Of a stretch of 64,000 nucleotides of DNA, positions 35,271 to 47,033 are shown in pieces (position 1 is the first letter of the stretch; every line of letters begins with the position of its first letter). The DNA is from Eubacteriales bacterium. GTDB taxonomy: Bacteria > Bacillota > Clostridia > Oscillospirales > CAG-272. Both the position numbers and the translations under genes were made by a program. Where the stretch lies: the NCBI GenBank assembly GCA_045546615.1, contig JAZQDD010000023.1, positions 40,296-104,295 of the forward strand. Reading direction: 5' to 3'. The notes below the pieces were generated by a model. That model saw only the letters and a list, made by a program, of their open reading frames with translations. It was not told where the DNA came from and made no database searches.

Positions 35271-36422
35271 TTATTTGCAAAGCTCTTGTGCAAGAGCGTC
35301 AAGCCGTGCCGTGCTTTCCTCGTTCAACGCCGAGGTTATCTTTACGCTGTTTTCAGCGTATGTAATATTTTTACTCTTTTCAAGCATACCCCTCATCACC
35401 TTGGCGGCAGTGGGTGCCCAGCTACCGTTTTCAATAAGAGCTACCGTGCGGTTAGCAAATCCGCGCTCGGTGAGGTGATCGATAAACTGACGCATAAAGG
35501 GGAAAATGTCCGTATTGTAGGTCGTTGTGGCAAGAACAAGTCTGTCATATCTGAACGCATCGGCAACTGCGAGCGCCATATCGCTTCTGGCAAGGTCATA
35601 GACCTTAACGGTCTCGCCGCGCGCCGTCAGAGCGTCCGCCAGATGAAGCACCGCCTTTTTCGTGTTTCCGTAAACAGAGGTGTAGGCGATAACGATTCCC
35701 TCCTCCTCTGCCTTGTAGCTCGACCAAGTATTGTAAAGGTCAATGTAGTAACCGAGATCTTCCGAAAGCACGGGGCCGTGCAGGGGGCAAATAATGGCTA
35801 TATCAAGAGCCGCCGCCTTTTTTAGCAAAGTCTGAACAGGCGCGCCGTACTTGCCGACGATGCCTATATAGTAGCGTCTCGCCTCGTCTGCCCACGGCTC
35901 GTCAGTATCGGGCGTGCCGAATTTGCCAAAGCCGTCAGCCGAGAACAGCACCTTATCCGCGCTGTCATAGGTAACGATGACCTCGGGCCAATGCACCATG
36001 GGGGCAGTAACAAAGGTAAGAGTATGGTTGCCGAGAGAAAGCGTTGAGCCTTCACCGACTACTATCTGTCTGTCGGGAAAATCTGTGCCGTAAAAATTCT
36101 TCATCATTGCGAATGCCTTGGCAGACGAAACGATGGCGGCATCGGGAAATTCCGCCGCAAAGCGGGCAATACTTGAGGAGTGATCGGGCTCCATGTGCTG
36201 TACCACGAGGTAATCGGGACATCTGCCGTCCGTTGCCTTGCGGATATTGGCAAACCACTCGTCGGCAAAATTCGCCTCCACACTGTCCATGACAGCTATT
36301 TTTTCATCAATTATGACGTAAGAATTATATGAGATACCGTTGGGAATAACATACTGTCCCTCGAAAAGGTCGGTAGTTCGGTCATTAACGCCGACATATT
36401 TAATGTCATTTGTAATTTTCAT
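35271..36422 (-). CDS. fprA: Flavodiiron protein (A-type flavoprotein)
   Basis: HMEPDH, HWPE, SADGFG, HG, plus flavodoxin domain SVYGNT. Confidence 0.92.
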   Translation of the reverse strand: MKITNDIKYVGVNDRTTDLFEGQYVIPNGISYNSYVIIDEKIAVMDSVEANFADEWFANIRKATDGRCPDYLVVQHMEPDHSSSIARFAAEFPDAAIVSSAKAFAMMKNFYGTDFPDRQIVVGEGSTLSLGNHTLTFVTAPMVHWPEVIVTYDSADKVLFSADGFGKFGTPDTDEPWADEARRYYIGIVGKYGAPVQTLLKKAAALDIAIICPLHGPVLSEDLGYYIDLYNTWSSYKAEEEGIVIAYTSVYGNTKKAVLHLADALTARGETVKVYDLARSDMALAVADAFRYDRLVLATTTYNTDIFPFMRQFIDHLTERGFANRTVALIENGSWAPTAAKVMRGMLEKSKNITYAENSVKITSALNEESTARLDALAQELCK

Positions 36423-36510
36423 TATTTACAGCTCTCCTTGAAGTTTATAACCTATTATAACATAAAATTCGTCCCAAATTGCGAATTTTTTTTGAACAAA
36501 TTTAAAAAAA

Positions 36511-37059
36511 TTAAGAATCATTCCTAATTTTCGGCTTATCACTTGAAAATCGCTCAATCGCTATCACAAGAACGGGAATCAGCACTATCTGCGCAATTAT
36601 GCCGGGGATCGCCTTCGTAAACGCACCTGCAACGAACGCCGTCCAGCCAAACTCCGACTGACCGAGACCGTAAAGGACCGTACGCGCGCCGGCCCACACG
36701 AGCCGCCCCGCAAGCATTGCCGCAAGCAACGATACGTAGACAAAAACGCGCCTATTCGGAAGCCGCCTGTACAACAGCCCCGCCACAGCACCGTACGCAG
36801 CCAGCTCAAAGCACATAGCTACAGCATCGGGAACGAGGTGCGGCACACCGAAAAGGAATGAGCGAAGCAACGGGGCGCACAGACCGACCAACGCGCCGAA
36901 CCACTGCCCGCAGAAAAAGCCGCAAAGCAGTACGGGAAAATGCATGGGGCATAGCATCTTGCCCACCTGCGGTATCTGACCCGTGAAAAACGGCAGAACA
37001 AGCGCAAGGGCGAGAAACATTGCCGCCGTTGCAGTTTTATGAATATTGACTCTATCCAT
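36511..37059 (-). CDS. ECF transporter S component
   Basis: AMFLA motif; PMHFPVLLCGFFCG. Confidence 0.8.
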   Translation of the reverse strand: MDRVNIHKTATAAMFLALALVLPFFTGQIPQVGKMLCPMHFPVLLCGFFCGQWFGALVGLCAPLLRSFLFGVPHLVPDAVAMCFELAAYGAVAGLLYRRLPNRRVFVYVSLLAAMLAGRLVWAGARTVLYGLGQSEFGWTAFVAGAFTKAIPGIIAQIVLIPVLVIAIERFSSDKPKIRNDS

Positions 37060-37185
37060 TTACGCCGCCTCCGTGCAACCAATTTTATTACATTATATCA
37101 TAAAGGCAAAGCATATTCAATATAAATTTATCAAAATTATCATTCATAGCTTGGCTTTATCTGCTTAATCGGAATGAAAGCAAAT

Positions 37186-37407
37186 GGGGCTGATTCATTC
37201 AGCGCAGAACAAAAACACACAAATAATTTAACAAAGAAAAGACCGCTTTTTCCGTCTGATATGATGGAGAAAGCGGTTTTTAAGGTAGAAATCCTCGCGG
37301 ATTTCGATTTTTATTTGTGTTTTTTAGCTGCGCTTTGGCTCTCTACCGTATATCTATACGCCGACGAGAACCAAAGCGCGACTTCTGCATCTTAATGACT
37401 CAGCCCC
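37186..37407. mobile_element. ~222-bp MITE-like element with terminal inverted repeats
   Basis: GGGGCTGATTCA...TGACTCAGCCCC; collinear with 59709-59928. Confidence 0.8.
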
Positions 37408-37416
37408 ATTGATATT

Positions 37417-38904
37417 TTACGCGCGGTGAGTGGATGTCGCGATCTCTGCGATCTTCTCCTTTATATTACGGCGCTTGTAATTCTTTTTCATTCTCCATTG
37501 CCAGTTGCCCTCGGCAAGTGAGGGGGTATTCATCCTCGCCTCGGCATTTTCAAGCTCGAGGTAGTCCTGCATGGGAACAACGGCAAGATTGGCTCTGCTG
37601 CGCATTGCCGACTCAATAACGGCGCACGTGCCGCTTTGACCGACTCTGCGGTGAGTGTATTTGTCAAATCTCTTTTTGTACACGCCCTCAAGGTTCTTGT
37701 ACCACGTTGCGGTACAATCGGAGTCGTGAGAACCGGGATATACCACGCAGTTGTCGGTGGTGTACATACGGGGGAGATATTCGCTATTCTCCTCCAAGTA
37801 TGCAAACTGCAGTATCTTCATTCCGGGGAATCCCGTAAACGCGAGAAGCTCGCGCACGTCATCGGTAATAAATCCGAGATCCTCGGCAATTATCTTTGAC
37901 TTGGGGTGAGCGGTGCGGATAGCCGTAAACAGCTCCTTACCGGGGGCGCTTACCCAACCGCCTCTATGCGCTGTCGCGTCGCCATAAGGAATAGAATAGA
38001 AGGAAGCAAAGCCCCTGAAATGGTCAATGCGGAGTATGTCATAAAGCTCAAACGCCATACCGACTCTCTCACACCACCATGCAAAATTCTCCGCCTTCAT
38101 CAGCTCCCAATTGTATATCGGGTTGCCCCAGAGCTGACCGTCGGGCGAGAATGCGTCGGGCGGACAACCCGCAACAACGGTGGGATTGAAGTTCTCGTCA
38201 AGCAAAAACTGCTTGGTATTGCGCCAAACGTCCATACTGTCGTGGGCAACGTATATCGGCATATCACCGATCACAAGGATCTTTTTGGAATGAGCGTATT
38301 TAAGAAGCGACTTCCACTGAGTCATAAAGGCATACTGTACCCATTTCCAAAAGCCAATGTCTTCGGCAAAATCTGCCACCCATTTCTTTGCTCTTTCATA
38401 ATCGCGGTGCTCCGCGCCCCATTCAGTCCACGCACGGTGGTTGTAGTAACCCTTGAGCGCCATAAAGAGCGCGTAATCGTCAAGCCATGCGGCGTTTTTA
38501 GCGCAAAATCTATCGTATTTTTTGCCGCCCTTAAAGCGAGAATACGCCTTGCGCAGTACGGCATATCTCGTGTTAAACAGCCAGCCGTAGTCAACACGCT
38601 CCGTGTCATGCTCCGCCTCGGCAAGCTCGTCAGCGGTGAGAAGTCCCTCGCCGTAAAGCGTAGGAAGGTCGATAAAATAGGGATTGCCCGCTACCGACGC
38701 AGGAGACTGATACGGGCTGTCCCCGTAGGAAGTAGGATTGAGGGGAAGTACCTGCCAGCATTTCTGATGCGTGTCAGCCAGAAAATCCACAAACTCATAG
38801 GCTTCCTTGCCGAAAGAGCCGATACCGTATTTAGATGGCAAACTGCTTATGGGAAGAAGAATGCCGCACTTATGTGAAAATCCAAAATTTTTATTATCCT
38901 TCAT
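37417..38904 (-). CDS. malQ: 4-alpha-glucanotransferase (GH77)
   Basis: WQVLPL, SPYQS, GQLWGNP, RIDHFRG, AEDLG. Confidence 0.95.
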   Translation of the reverse strand: MKDNKNFGFSHKCGILLPISSLPSKYGIGSFGKEAYEFVDFLADTHQKCWQVLPLNPTSYGDSPYQSPASVAGNPYFIDLPTLYGEGLLTADELAEAEHDTERVDYGWLFNTRYAVLRKAYSRFKGGKKYDRFCAKNAAWLDDYALFMALKGYYNHRAWTEWGAEHRDYERAKKWVADFAEDIGFWKWVQYAFMTQWKSLLKYAHSKKILVIGDMPIYVAHDSMDVWRNTKQFLLDENFNPTVVAGCPPDAFSPDGQLWGNPIYNWELMKAENFAWWCERVGMAFELYDILRIDHFRGFASFYSIPYGDATAHRGGWVSAPGKELFTAIRTAHPKSKIIAEDLGFITDDVRELLAFTGFPGMKILQFAYLEENSEYLPRMYTTDNCVVYPGSHDSDCTATWYKNLEGVYKKRFDKYTHRRVGQSGTCAVIESAMRSRANLAVVPMQDYLELENAEARMNTPSLAEGNWQWRMKKNYKRRNIKEKIAEIATSTHRA

Positions 38905-39032
38905 TTCGATCTCCTAAAATCAATACTCTTGCGCAAAAATTGCCCACACGGCTTACCGTTCGAGCTTTTTTACATATATATTTTATCATTAAAACACAAA
39001 AATGTCAAGCCTTAAAGGGCTTTTAGGGGGAG

Positions 39033-39611
39033 CTACGCAAGCTCAAAAAACACCGACACGCATATTCCAAGTGCCGCCGATATAATGATGAGCGCGATAG
39101 ATGGTATTTTCTTTTTAAATATTGTCCGCGAACCGATGCAGATCACCGCCAAAAGCGCAAAAATCGTTATGGAAACTCTGCTCGGTGAGAACGCAAGCGG
39201 ATATGAATATCCTGCACTTTTAGCCGCCAGCACAGCTCCCGCAGAGAGTATGAGCGCAACGATAACGGGTTTTACCCCCGAAAGAAATCCGCGAAAATGC
39301 TTGTTATCCGTAAGCCCTTTGAGCAAGGATGCAACGAGCAAAATGATAATAAAAGACGGCATTACAACGCCAAGAGTTGCCGCGATGCTTCCAAGCATAC
39401 CGCCCTGCGACGAGCCGATGTACGTCGCCATATTGACCGCAATAGGTCCGGGCGTTGACTCACAAACGCCGAGAAAAGCGTAAAACTCGCTCTCGCCAAG
39501 CCAGCCGTAGCTCGTTACCGTTTCCTCGATAAGCGGTATCATTCCGAATGCGCCGCCGAAGCAGAAAAGCCCTATCTTGAAAAATTCAAGGAAAAGAGTG
39601 AGATATATCAT
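39033..39611 (-). CDS. Chromate transporter family, short-chain subunit
   Basis: FGGAFG, ESTPGPIAVN. Confidence 0.88.
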   Translation of the reverse strand: MIYLTLFLEFFKIGLFCFGGAFGMIPLIEETVTSYGWLGESEFYAFLGVCESTPGPIAVNMATYIGSSQGGMLGSIAATLGVVMPSFIIILLVASLLKGLTDNKHFRGFLSGVKPVIVALILSAGAVLAAKSAGYSYPLAFSPSRVSITIFALLAVICIGSRTIFKKKIPSIALIIISAALGICVSVFFELA

Positions 39612-40180
39612 TTTCCACCCCCGCCTCTTGCAAGCGATGAGGCTATCACGCCAACTACACCGCCCGCAAGTATTAAAAATACGGAGCTGAAGCTCGCCCC
39701 CGTAAGCTCAAGCACTATCATGAGGGCGAAAACTGCAACAAAACATATCAGATTCAGCGGAGTTTTTTTCATTTTACGAAGCATTTCCGCGCCCGCCGAA
39801 AGAATAAGAAAAGCGACGGCGCATTTTATGCCCACGAAGGCGTACGCAACGTATTTATTAGCCATAAAGGCATCAAGAAAAAGTGAAATGCAATATATGA
39901 CGATGAGCGACGGTAACACCACACCCACCGTTGCCGCGAGGCTTCCTAAAAAGCCCCTTCTCTTGTAGCCCACATACGTTGCAAGGTTTATGGCAATAGG
40001 TCCGGGAGTCGACTCGGCAATAGCGATGACCTCAAGAAGTCCATCCTCGTCAAGCCATTTCTTTTTTTCGACTACTACCTCACGGATATTGGATATCATA
40101 GCGTATCCGCCGCCAAAGGTGAAAAGCCCTATTTTTAAAAAGGTAAGAAAAAGTGATAAAAGCATATCTACCTCTGTCAA
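39608..40180 (-). CDS. Chromate transporter family, short-chain subunit
   Basis: FTFGGGYA, ESTPGPIAIN. Confidence 0.88.
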   Translation of the reverse strand: MTEVDMLLSLFLTFLKIGLFTFGGGYAMISNIREVVVEKKKWLDEDGLLEVIAIAESTPGPIAINLATYVGYKRRGFLGSLAATVGVVLPSLIVIYCISLFLDAFMANKYVAYAFVGIKCAVAFLILSAGAEMLRKMKKTPLNLICFVAVFALMIVLELTGASFSSVFLILAGGVVGVIASSLARGGGGK

Positions 40181-40225
40181 AAATCAAGTAAGTTCATTAT
40201 ATCACAAATGAAAAACACTTTCAAC

Positions 40226-40263
40226 AAAAAACTGCCCAACCGAGACAGGTTGAGCAGTTTTTT
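40226..40263 (-). terminator. atp operon terminator
   Basis: AAAAACTGCCCAAC...GTTGAGCAGTTTTT. Confidence 0.65.
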
Positions 40264-40667
40264 CATTTTCTTCGCTCCGCAACGCTGATGCGTGTAAGCG
40301 CGCGGGCAAGCCTTATCCTTGCGGCATCGACGGCGGCGCGGTCCTTTTTCTCCGCTATCGCCCGTTCTGCCCTTTCTTTAGCTTTTTTGGCTCTTTCAAC
40401 GTCAATTTCGTCAGGGAACTCAAGACAAACGGCGGCGATGCTGACCTTTCCGCCCTTTACGGACAAAAATCCACCCGCGCAAGCGGCACTGCGCTCGCCA
40501 TCAACAAGGGATATTTTGACCTCACCGATATCGAGCGGAGCAAAAAGGTCGGTATGTCCCGCAAGAATGCCTATCCTCCCCTCGGTCGTCACCACGCTGA
40601 TCATAGTGGCGTTGCCGTCAAACTTTTTGCCCTCGGGGGTAACTATTTCAAGGTGAAATTCCTTCAT
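40263..40667 (-). CDS. atpC: ATP synthase F1 epsilon
   Basis: LEIVTP, GILAGH, GGF; position in operon. Confidence 0.95.
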   Translation of the reverse strand: MKEFHLEIVTPEGKKFDGNATMISVVTTEGRIGILAGHTDLFAPLDIGEVKISLVDGERSAACAGGFLSVKGGKVSIAAVCLEFPDEIDVERAKKAKERAERAIAEKKDRAAVDAARIRLARALTRISVAERRK

Positions 40668-40668
40668 T

Positions 40669-42081
<1,413 letters not shown>

Positions 42082-42915
42082 TTAAAGCGCTTCCGCGCCC
42101 GAAACGATTTCTGTTATCTCCTGCGTTATTACGGATTGGCGCGCTCTGTTGAAGTTCAGCGTAAGTGCCTCTATCATTTCCTCGGCGTTTTTGTTAGCCG
42201 CATCCATAGCCGTCCTGCGCGCGGCTGATTCAGCCGCCACAGACTGACATACGGCAAAATATAGCAAACCGCCGATGTAGTTGGGAACAGATGCGTCAAG
42301 CATCTCTTCCACATTTCCCTCAAGAAGAACGTCAGCGCCGCCCTCGCTTGCGGCAATGGGCAGAAGCGTGCGCCGCTTTACGCTTTGGGTAAGCATTGAA
42401 ACAAACTCGGTATAAACAAGCTCCACGCGGCGAAATCTTCCGTTTCCAAAATCACGGCAGACGGCGTGCGCCGCACTGAAGCAATCACCTATGCCAAGCT
42501 CTGCGGCGATCTCACAACCGCGCGAAAATATCTCACAGCCGCGATGAGAAAAATACTCAAGAGCCTTTTTTCCCATCGGAAGAAAGACCGCATTTTCATC
42601 GTCTGCTCTGAATTGCTTAAGCACGTTGGAGTTATATCCTCCCGCAAGCCCGCGGTCACCGGCGATAACGATATACAATACGTCCTCGCTCGCGCCCTCC
42701 TCAAACCAAAGTGCGTTTTCACGCGCATCGGGAGAGGCGATAAGGGGTGCGAGAACCTCGTCAAGCACGCGGCAGTATTCCGCCGCATTCTCGGCGTTCT
42801 GACGCGCACGGCGAAGCTTTGAAGTCGCCACAAGCTCCATTGCCTTTGTTATCTGCATGGTGCTTTTGACGCTCTTCATCCTCGCCTTTATTTCATTCAT
42901 TGATGCGCCCGACAT
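42082..42915 (-). CDS. atpG: ATP synthase F1 gamma
   Basis: ITKAMELVA, DRGLAGGYN, RARQSVITQE. Confidence 0.96.
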   Translation of the reverse strand: MSGASMNEIKARMKSVKSTMQITKAMELVATSKLRRARQNAENAAEYCRVLDEVLAPLIASPDARENALWFEEGASEDVLYIVIAGDRGLAGGYNSNVLKQFRADDENAVFLPMGKKALEYFSHRGCEIFSRGCEIAAELGIGDCFSAAHAVCRDFGNGRFRRVELVYTEFVSMLTQSVKRRTLLPIAASEGGADVLLEGNVEEMLDASVPNYIGGLLYFAVCQSVAAESAARRTAMDAANKNAEEMIEALTLNFNRARQSVITQEITEIVSGAEAL

Positions 42916-42926
42916 TGCCTGCTCCT

Positions 42927-44447
42927 TTACAGATTATTCTCTGCCAAAAACTTTGTCTTGCAGGCGGAGATGGCTTCCTTCAAAGCCGCCTCGCTGTCGG
43001 CTGACAGCTCACCGCTTTCTCTTATCGCGGCGAGAAGCTCTGCGCGTGTCGCAACGAGATATTCAAAAAGATACGTTTCCATTTCCCCGATTTTTCCCAC
43101 GGGGACGTCGGAAAGCATATTGTTTACCACGGCGTAAATGATAGCTACTTGAAGCTCAACGGCAACGGGAGTGTTTCTGCCCTGCTTTAGAACCTCAACT
43201 ATTCTTGCGCCCTGCTCAAGCCGCGCCTTGGTGTCGGCATCAAGGTCTGAACCGAACTGCGCAAAGCTCTGAAGCTCGCGGTACTGCGAGTAAAGGAGCT
43301 TTAGCTGTCCCGCAACCTTCTTCATCGCCTTTATCTGCGCGTTTCCGCCGACACGGGACACCGAGATACCCGGATTTACCGCGGGGCGAACGCCCGAGTG
43401 GAACAGCTCACCCTCAAGGAATATCTGTCCGTCGGTAATGGAGATAACGTTCGTCGGAATGTACGCCGAAACGTCGCCCGCCTGCGTTTCGATAATGGGA
43501 AGCGCCGTCATTGAGCCGCCGCCGCACTCGGGCGAAAGCCTTGCCGCACGCTCAAGAAGTCTTGAGTGCAGATAGAAAACGTCGCCGGGATATGCCTCGC
43601 GTCCCGGAGGACGTCTGATGAGCAACGACAGTGCGCGGTAAGCCACCGCGTGCTTTGAAAGGTCGTCGTATATAATGAGAACGTCCTTGCCCTTATCCAT
43701 AAAATACTCGCCCATAGCACAGCCCGAGTAGGGTGCTATATACTGAAGCGGCGAGGGGTCGGATGCTGTTGCAGATACAACTATGGTATAATCCATAGCT
43801 CCGCCGCGGCGCAGAGTTTCCACAACGCCCGTGACCGTAGACTGCTTTTGTCCTATGGCAACGTAGATACAAATAACGTCCTTTCCGCGCTGATTTATAA
43901 TAGTATCAGTCGCGATAACGGTCTTACCCGTTTGTCTGTCACCGATAATAAGCTCACGCTGACCTCTTCCGATTGGAACCATCGAGTCGATAGCCTTAAT
44001 ACCCGTTTGAAGCGGAACGGAGACCGATTTTCTCTCTATGATGCCGTAAGCCTTTCGCTCAATGGGGCTGTAAGTTTCAGTCTCAATAGGGCCCATAGCA
44101 TCTATGGGCTGACCGAGAGCGTCAACTACTCTGCCCACAAGCGCCTCGCCCACGGGAACGGACACGACTCTGCCCGTACGCTTTACTATACTGCCCTCGC
44201 TGATGCCCACGTCCTGTCCGAGAAGAACAACGCTGACGGAATTTTCCTCCAGATTGAGTGCCATTCCGTACGTACCGTTGCAGAACTCAAGCAGCTCTCC
44301 CGAGCAGCATTTTTCAAGTCCGTACACCTTGGATATACCGTCACCAACCGATATAACGTAGCCCGTTTCATCCTGCACTATACGGCTTGAATAATTCTTT
44401 ATCTGTTCTTTTATGATCTTGCTGATGTCATCTGTTTTTGACCGCAT
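42927..44447 (-). CDS. atpA: ATP synthase F1 alpha
   Basis: [20 protein letters not shown]. Confidence 0.98.
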   Translation of the reverse strand: MRSKTDDISKIIKEQIKNYSSRIVQDETGYVISVGDGISKVYGLEKCCSGELLEFCNGTYGMALNLEENSVSVVLLGQDVGISEGSIVKRTGRVVSVPVGEALVGRVVDALGQPIDAMGPIETETYSPIERKAYGIIERKSVSVPLQTGIKAIDSMVPIGRGQRELIIGDRQTGKTVIATDTIINQRGKDVICIYVAIGQKQSTVTGVVETLRRGGAMDYTIVVSATASDPSPLQYIAPYSGCAMGEYFMDKGKDVLIIYDDLSKHAVAYRALSLLIRRPPGREAYPGDVFYLHSRLLERAARLSPECGGGSMTALPIIETQAGDVSAYIPTNVISITDGQIFLEGELFHSGVRPAVNPGISVSRVGGNAQIKAMKKVAGQLKLLYSQYRELQSFAQFGSDLDADTKARLEQGARIVEVLKQGRNTPVAVELQVAIIYAVVNNMLSDVPVGKIGEMETYLFEYLVATRAELLAAIRESGELSADSEAALKEAISACKTKFLAENNL

Positions 44448-44465
44448 CTTATCACCAACTTTACC

Positions 44466-45008
44466 TTAAATAACTGTTTTTTCAAGACTCTTTGCCAAGT
44501 CGTCAAGTCTGCGCTTTATCGTGCCGTCAAGCTGAACGCCCGAGTAACGCAGGGCAACACCGCCAAGCACCGAGGCATCCACCGTGTTCGTAATGACAGC
44601 GCATTTGCCCGTCGTTTTGTCTATCTTTTCCTTCATCGCCGCAAGCTGTGCCTCCGTCATCGGACGTGCCGTTACAGCCTCCACGCGCTCGATATTGTGG
44701 TATTCATCGTATAAAAGCGAGAATTCCTCCACCGCCTCGTGAAGCGAGAAAAAGATACATTTGTCACACAAAAGCTTCAAAAAATTAACGCAATATCCGT
44801 CAAGAGCCGAAAATGCCTCGTCTATCAGAGCGTGCTTTTCCCCTCTTGATACGGCAGGGGTATCAAGCAGCTTAACGTAGTCGGGGTTTTCCCTGACCGC
44901 CGCCTGCGCCGCCTTGATATCAAGGCTTATCTCCTCTACTCTGCCCGCCTCCTCGGCGGCAAGAAAGAGAGCCCGTCCGTACTCGCCGTAGCCCCTCATA
45001 TCACTCAC
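44466..45008 (-). CDS. atpH: ATP synthase F1 delta
   Basis: YGRALF, VDASVLGG, DGTIK. Confidence 0.92.
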   Translation of the reverse strand: MSDMRGYGEYGRALFLAAEEAGRVEEISLDIKAAQAAVRENPDYVKLLDTPAVSRGEKHALIDEAFSALDGYCVNFLKLLCDKCIFFSLHEAVEEFSLLYDEYHNIERVEAVTARPMTEAQLAAMKEKIDKTTGKCAVITNTVDASVLGGVALRYSGVQLDGTIKRRLDDLAKSLEKTVI

Positions 45009-45501
45009 CCATTCCCGAGATGAAGCTGTCTATAAGGTCGGCGTGCTCCGCCTCGTTAATATCTCTTTCGATAACGGCGGCGGCAATATCTATTGCCATT
45101 CCCGAAACCTCGTCCTTAACCTCGTTTATAGCGCGCTTTTTCTCAAGCTCTATCTGCTCCTCGGCACGCTTTAGCGTACGCTCCGCCCTGTCGCTTGCTT
45201 CCTTGAGGATCTCCTCCTCTTTTTTGTGCGCGAGCTTTACGGTGTTTTTCAGATATTCCTCGCCTTCAGCCTTGACTTGATCGAGCTTCCACTCGTATTC
45301 AGCCTTGGTCTTTGCGGCGTCGGTGCGATATCCCTCTGCCTCGCTGTAAATGTCGTCTATCTCCTTCTGCCTTGACTCTATCATATTCATAATAGGAGCA
45401 AAAAGCAGCTTGCGGAGTATAAAGTAAAGGATAAGCAGATTACACCAGGCGAATATCATAGTCCAGAAATTGACGCCTATAAACTGTTCAAATCCTTCCA
45501 T
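45001..45501 (-). CDS. atpF: ATP synthase Fo b
   Basis: N-terminal TM helix plus long coiled coil. Confidence 0.93.
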   Translation of the reverse strand: MEGFEQFIGVNFWTMIFAWCNLLILYFILRKLLFAPIMNMIESRQKEIDDIYSEAEGYRTDAAKTKAEYEWKLDQVKAEGEEYLKNTVKLAHKKEEEILKEASDRAERTLKRAEEQIELEKKRAINEVKDEVSGMAIDIAAAVIERDINEAEHADLIDSFISGMGE

Positions 45502-45519
45502 AGATCTCCTCCGAAGCTA

Positions 45520-45765
45520 TTAGCTGATCTTGAAGAAAATCAGAAGAAGCGAAACTACCAAGGAGTAAATACCCGTAGTCTCGGTAACGGCGCATCCGAG
45601 TATCATATTTGTACGCAGATTGCCTGCCGCCTCGGGCTGACGAGCCATACCCTCAAGCGCCGCGCTTACAGCGCGTCCCTCTCCGATTGCGGGGCCGATA
45701 GCGCCGATACCCATGCAAAGTCCTGCACCAAGTGCTCTTGCTGCTGCAATAATTGCTGTTTCCAT
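45520..45765 (-). CDS. atpE: ATP synthase Fo c
   Basis: GxGxGxGxG-like helix, ARQPE loop, ETTGIY. Confidence 0.96.
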   Translation of the reverse strand: METAIIAAARALGAGLCMGIGAIGPAIGEGRAVSAALEGMARQPEAAGNLRTNMILGCAVTETTGIYSLVVSLLLIFFKIS

Positions 45766-45786
45766 AATTGTTATCCTCCAAAATTT

Positions 45787-46551
45787 TTATTTATTTTTTG
45801 ATATCTCTTCCCTCGGCGGATTAGCCATGCCGATGTACACCATCGACAAGAGAGAAAAGACAAGTGCCTGAACGAATCCCGAGAACAGGTCGAAGTATAT
45901 CGACAGCACCGCGGGAATACCTACCTGAAAGACGGGCGGAACAAACTCGAGCACCGCCTCGGGAAGCCAGCCGAATACCACCGACGAAAGTGCCGCGAGC
46001 GCACCGTAGACGATAGTCATAAGCACTCCGCCGCCCGCTACGTTGCCGAAATGACGGAACGCCATTGAGATGGGGGTGGCAAACTCGCTGATGACGTTCA
46101 TCGGAGTCAGAAGCGGTATCGGCTCGGTAAAGCCCTTGAGCCAAGTAAGAAGCCCGAAATTTTTAATATTTCCGTACCACACCACGATTATAGTGGCTAT
46201 CGCCCACGCCGCCGTCGTGGAAAGGTCGGCGGTGGTGGAACGGAATATCTGTGTCATTCCGATAAGAGAGCCGAATATCGAGGAAACGAAAAGCGTTCCG
46301 ATAAAGGGAACAAATCTCTTGTTATGCGCGCCCATCGTTTCAACGACCATATCCGAAAGCATTCCGACGAGCTTTTCGGCTATTACCTGCTTGCCGCACG
46401 GGCGCTTTTCGATCTTGCGCGTGAGTATAAAGGCTATCGTCACAACGAGTATTGTCACCGCAAGAAGTGACACCATAGTTTGCGTTATGTTGATGCCGCC
46501 GAGAATGGGTATCGTGTAATATATTTTAGGGCCTGTAATATTTATATCCAT
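45787..46551 (-). CDS. atpB: ATP synthase Fo a
   Basis: TADL, PISMAFRHFGN, QALVFSLL. Confidence 0.95.
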   Translation of the reverse strand: MDINITGPKIYYTIPILGGINITQTMVSLLAVTILVVTIAFILTRKIEKRPCGKQVIAEKLVGMLSDMVVETMGAHNKRFVPFIGTLFVSSIFGSLIGMTQIFRSTTADLSTTAAWAIATIIVVWYGNIKNFGLLTWLKGFTEPIPLLTPMNVISEFATPISMAFRHFGNVAGGGVLMTIVYGALAALSSVVFGWLPEAVLEFVPPVFQVGIPAVLSIYFDLFSGFVQALVFSLLSMVYIGMANPPREEISKNK

Positions 46552-46586
46552 CGCACGTCACTCCTTTCTTTGCAATTTTACCGTTA

Positions 46587-47033
46587 TCATTTATTTTTAT
46601 TGCACACAAGCGCCGCCACGTTAAGCAACGGGCGGAAGGAAAGCAGGGGGATTATCGTGGCGATCACGTCAAAATAATCTGTCACCAGCGCAAGTATCAG
46701 CACGACCATCATAGCAAGCGTCCTTGCCGTCTGCGAAAGCTGTATCTTTTTATGAAGCTCTGCCCTATGCTTTTCAGCGAAAGCCGCCGCCGCCTCGTCA
46801 TCCATGGGCGCATCTCCGCGCTCTGCCATAATTGCGTCAACGGCGCGGTTTACCGTAAGTGATAGAAAAAGAAAATTAAACAACACCGCGGCACAGCCGA
46901 GCGCAAGTCCCGTAAACACGCGGTAGTTCAAGCGGTCAAGCAGAAAAAACACAAGCACGGTGATCGCGGACACCGCTATCTCGCCCAAAAGCATAAGTGT
47001 CATTTCCGCCATGGGCATACCCTTTTTATTCAT
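46587..47033 (-). CDS. atpI: ATP synthase subunit I-like membrane protein
   Basis: Hydrophobic; immediately upstream of atpB. Confidence 0.7.
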   Translation of the reverse strand: MNKKGMPMAEMTLMLLGEIAVSAITVLVFFLLDRLNYRVFTGLALGCAAVLFNFLFLSLTVNRAVDAIMAERGDAPMDDEAAAAFAEKHRAELHKKIQLSQTARTLAMMVVLILALVTDYFDVIATIIPLLSFRPLLNVAALVCNKNK

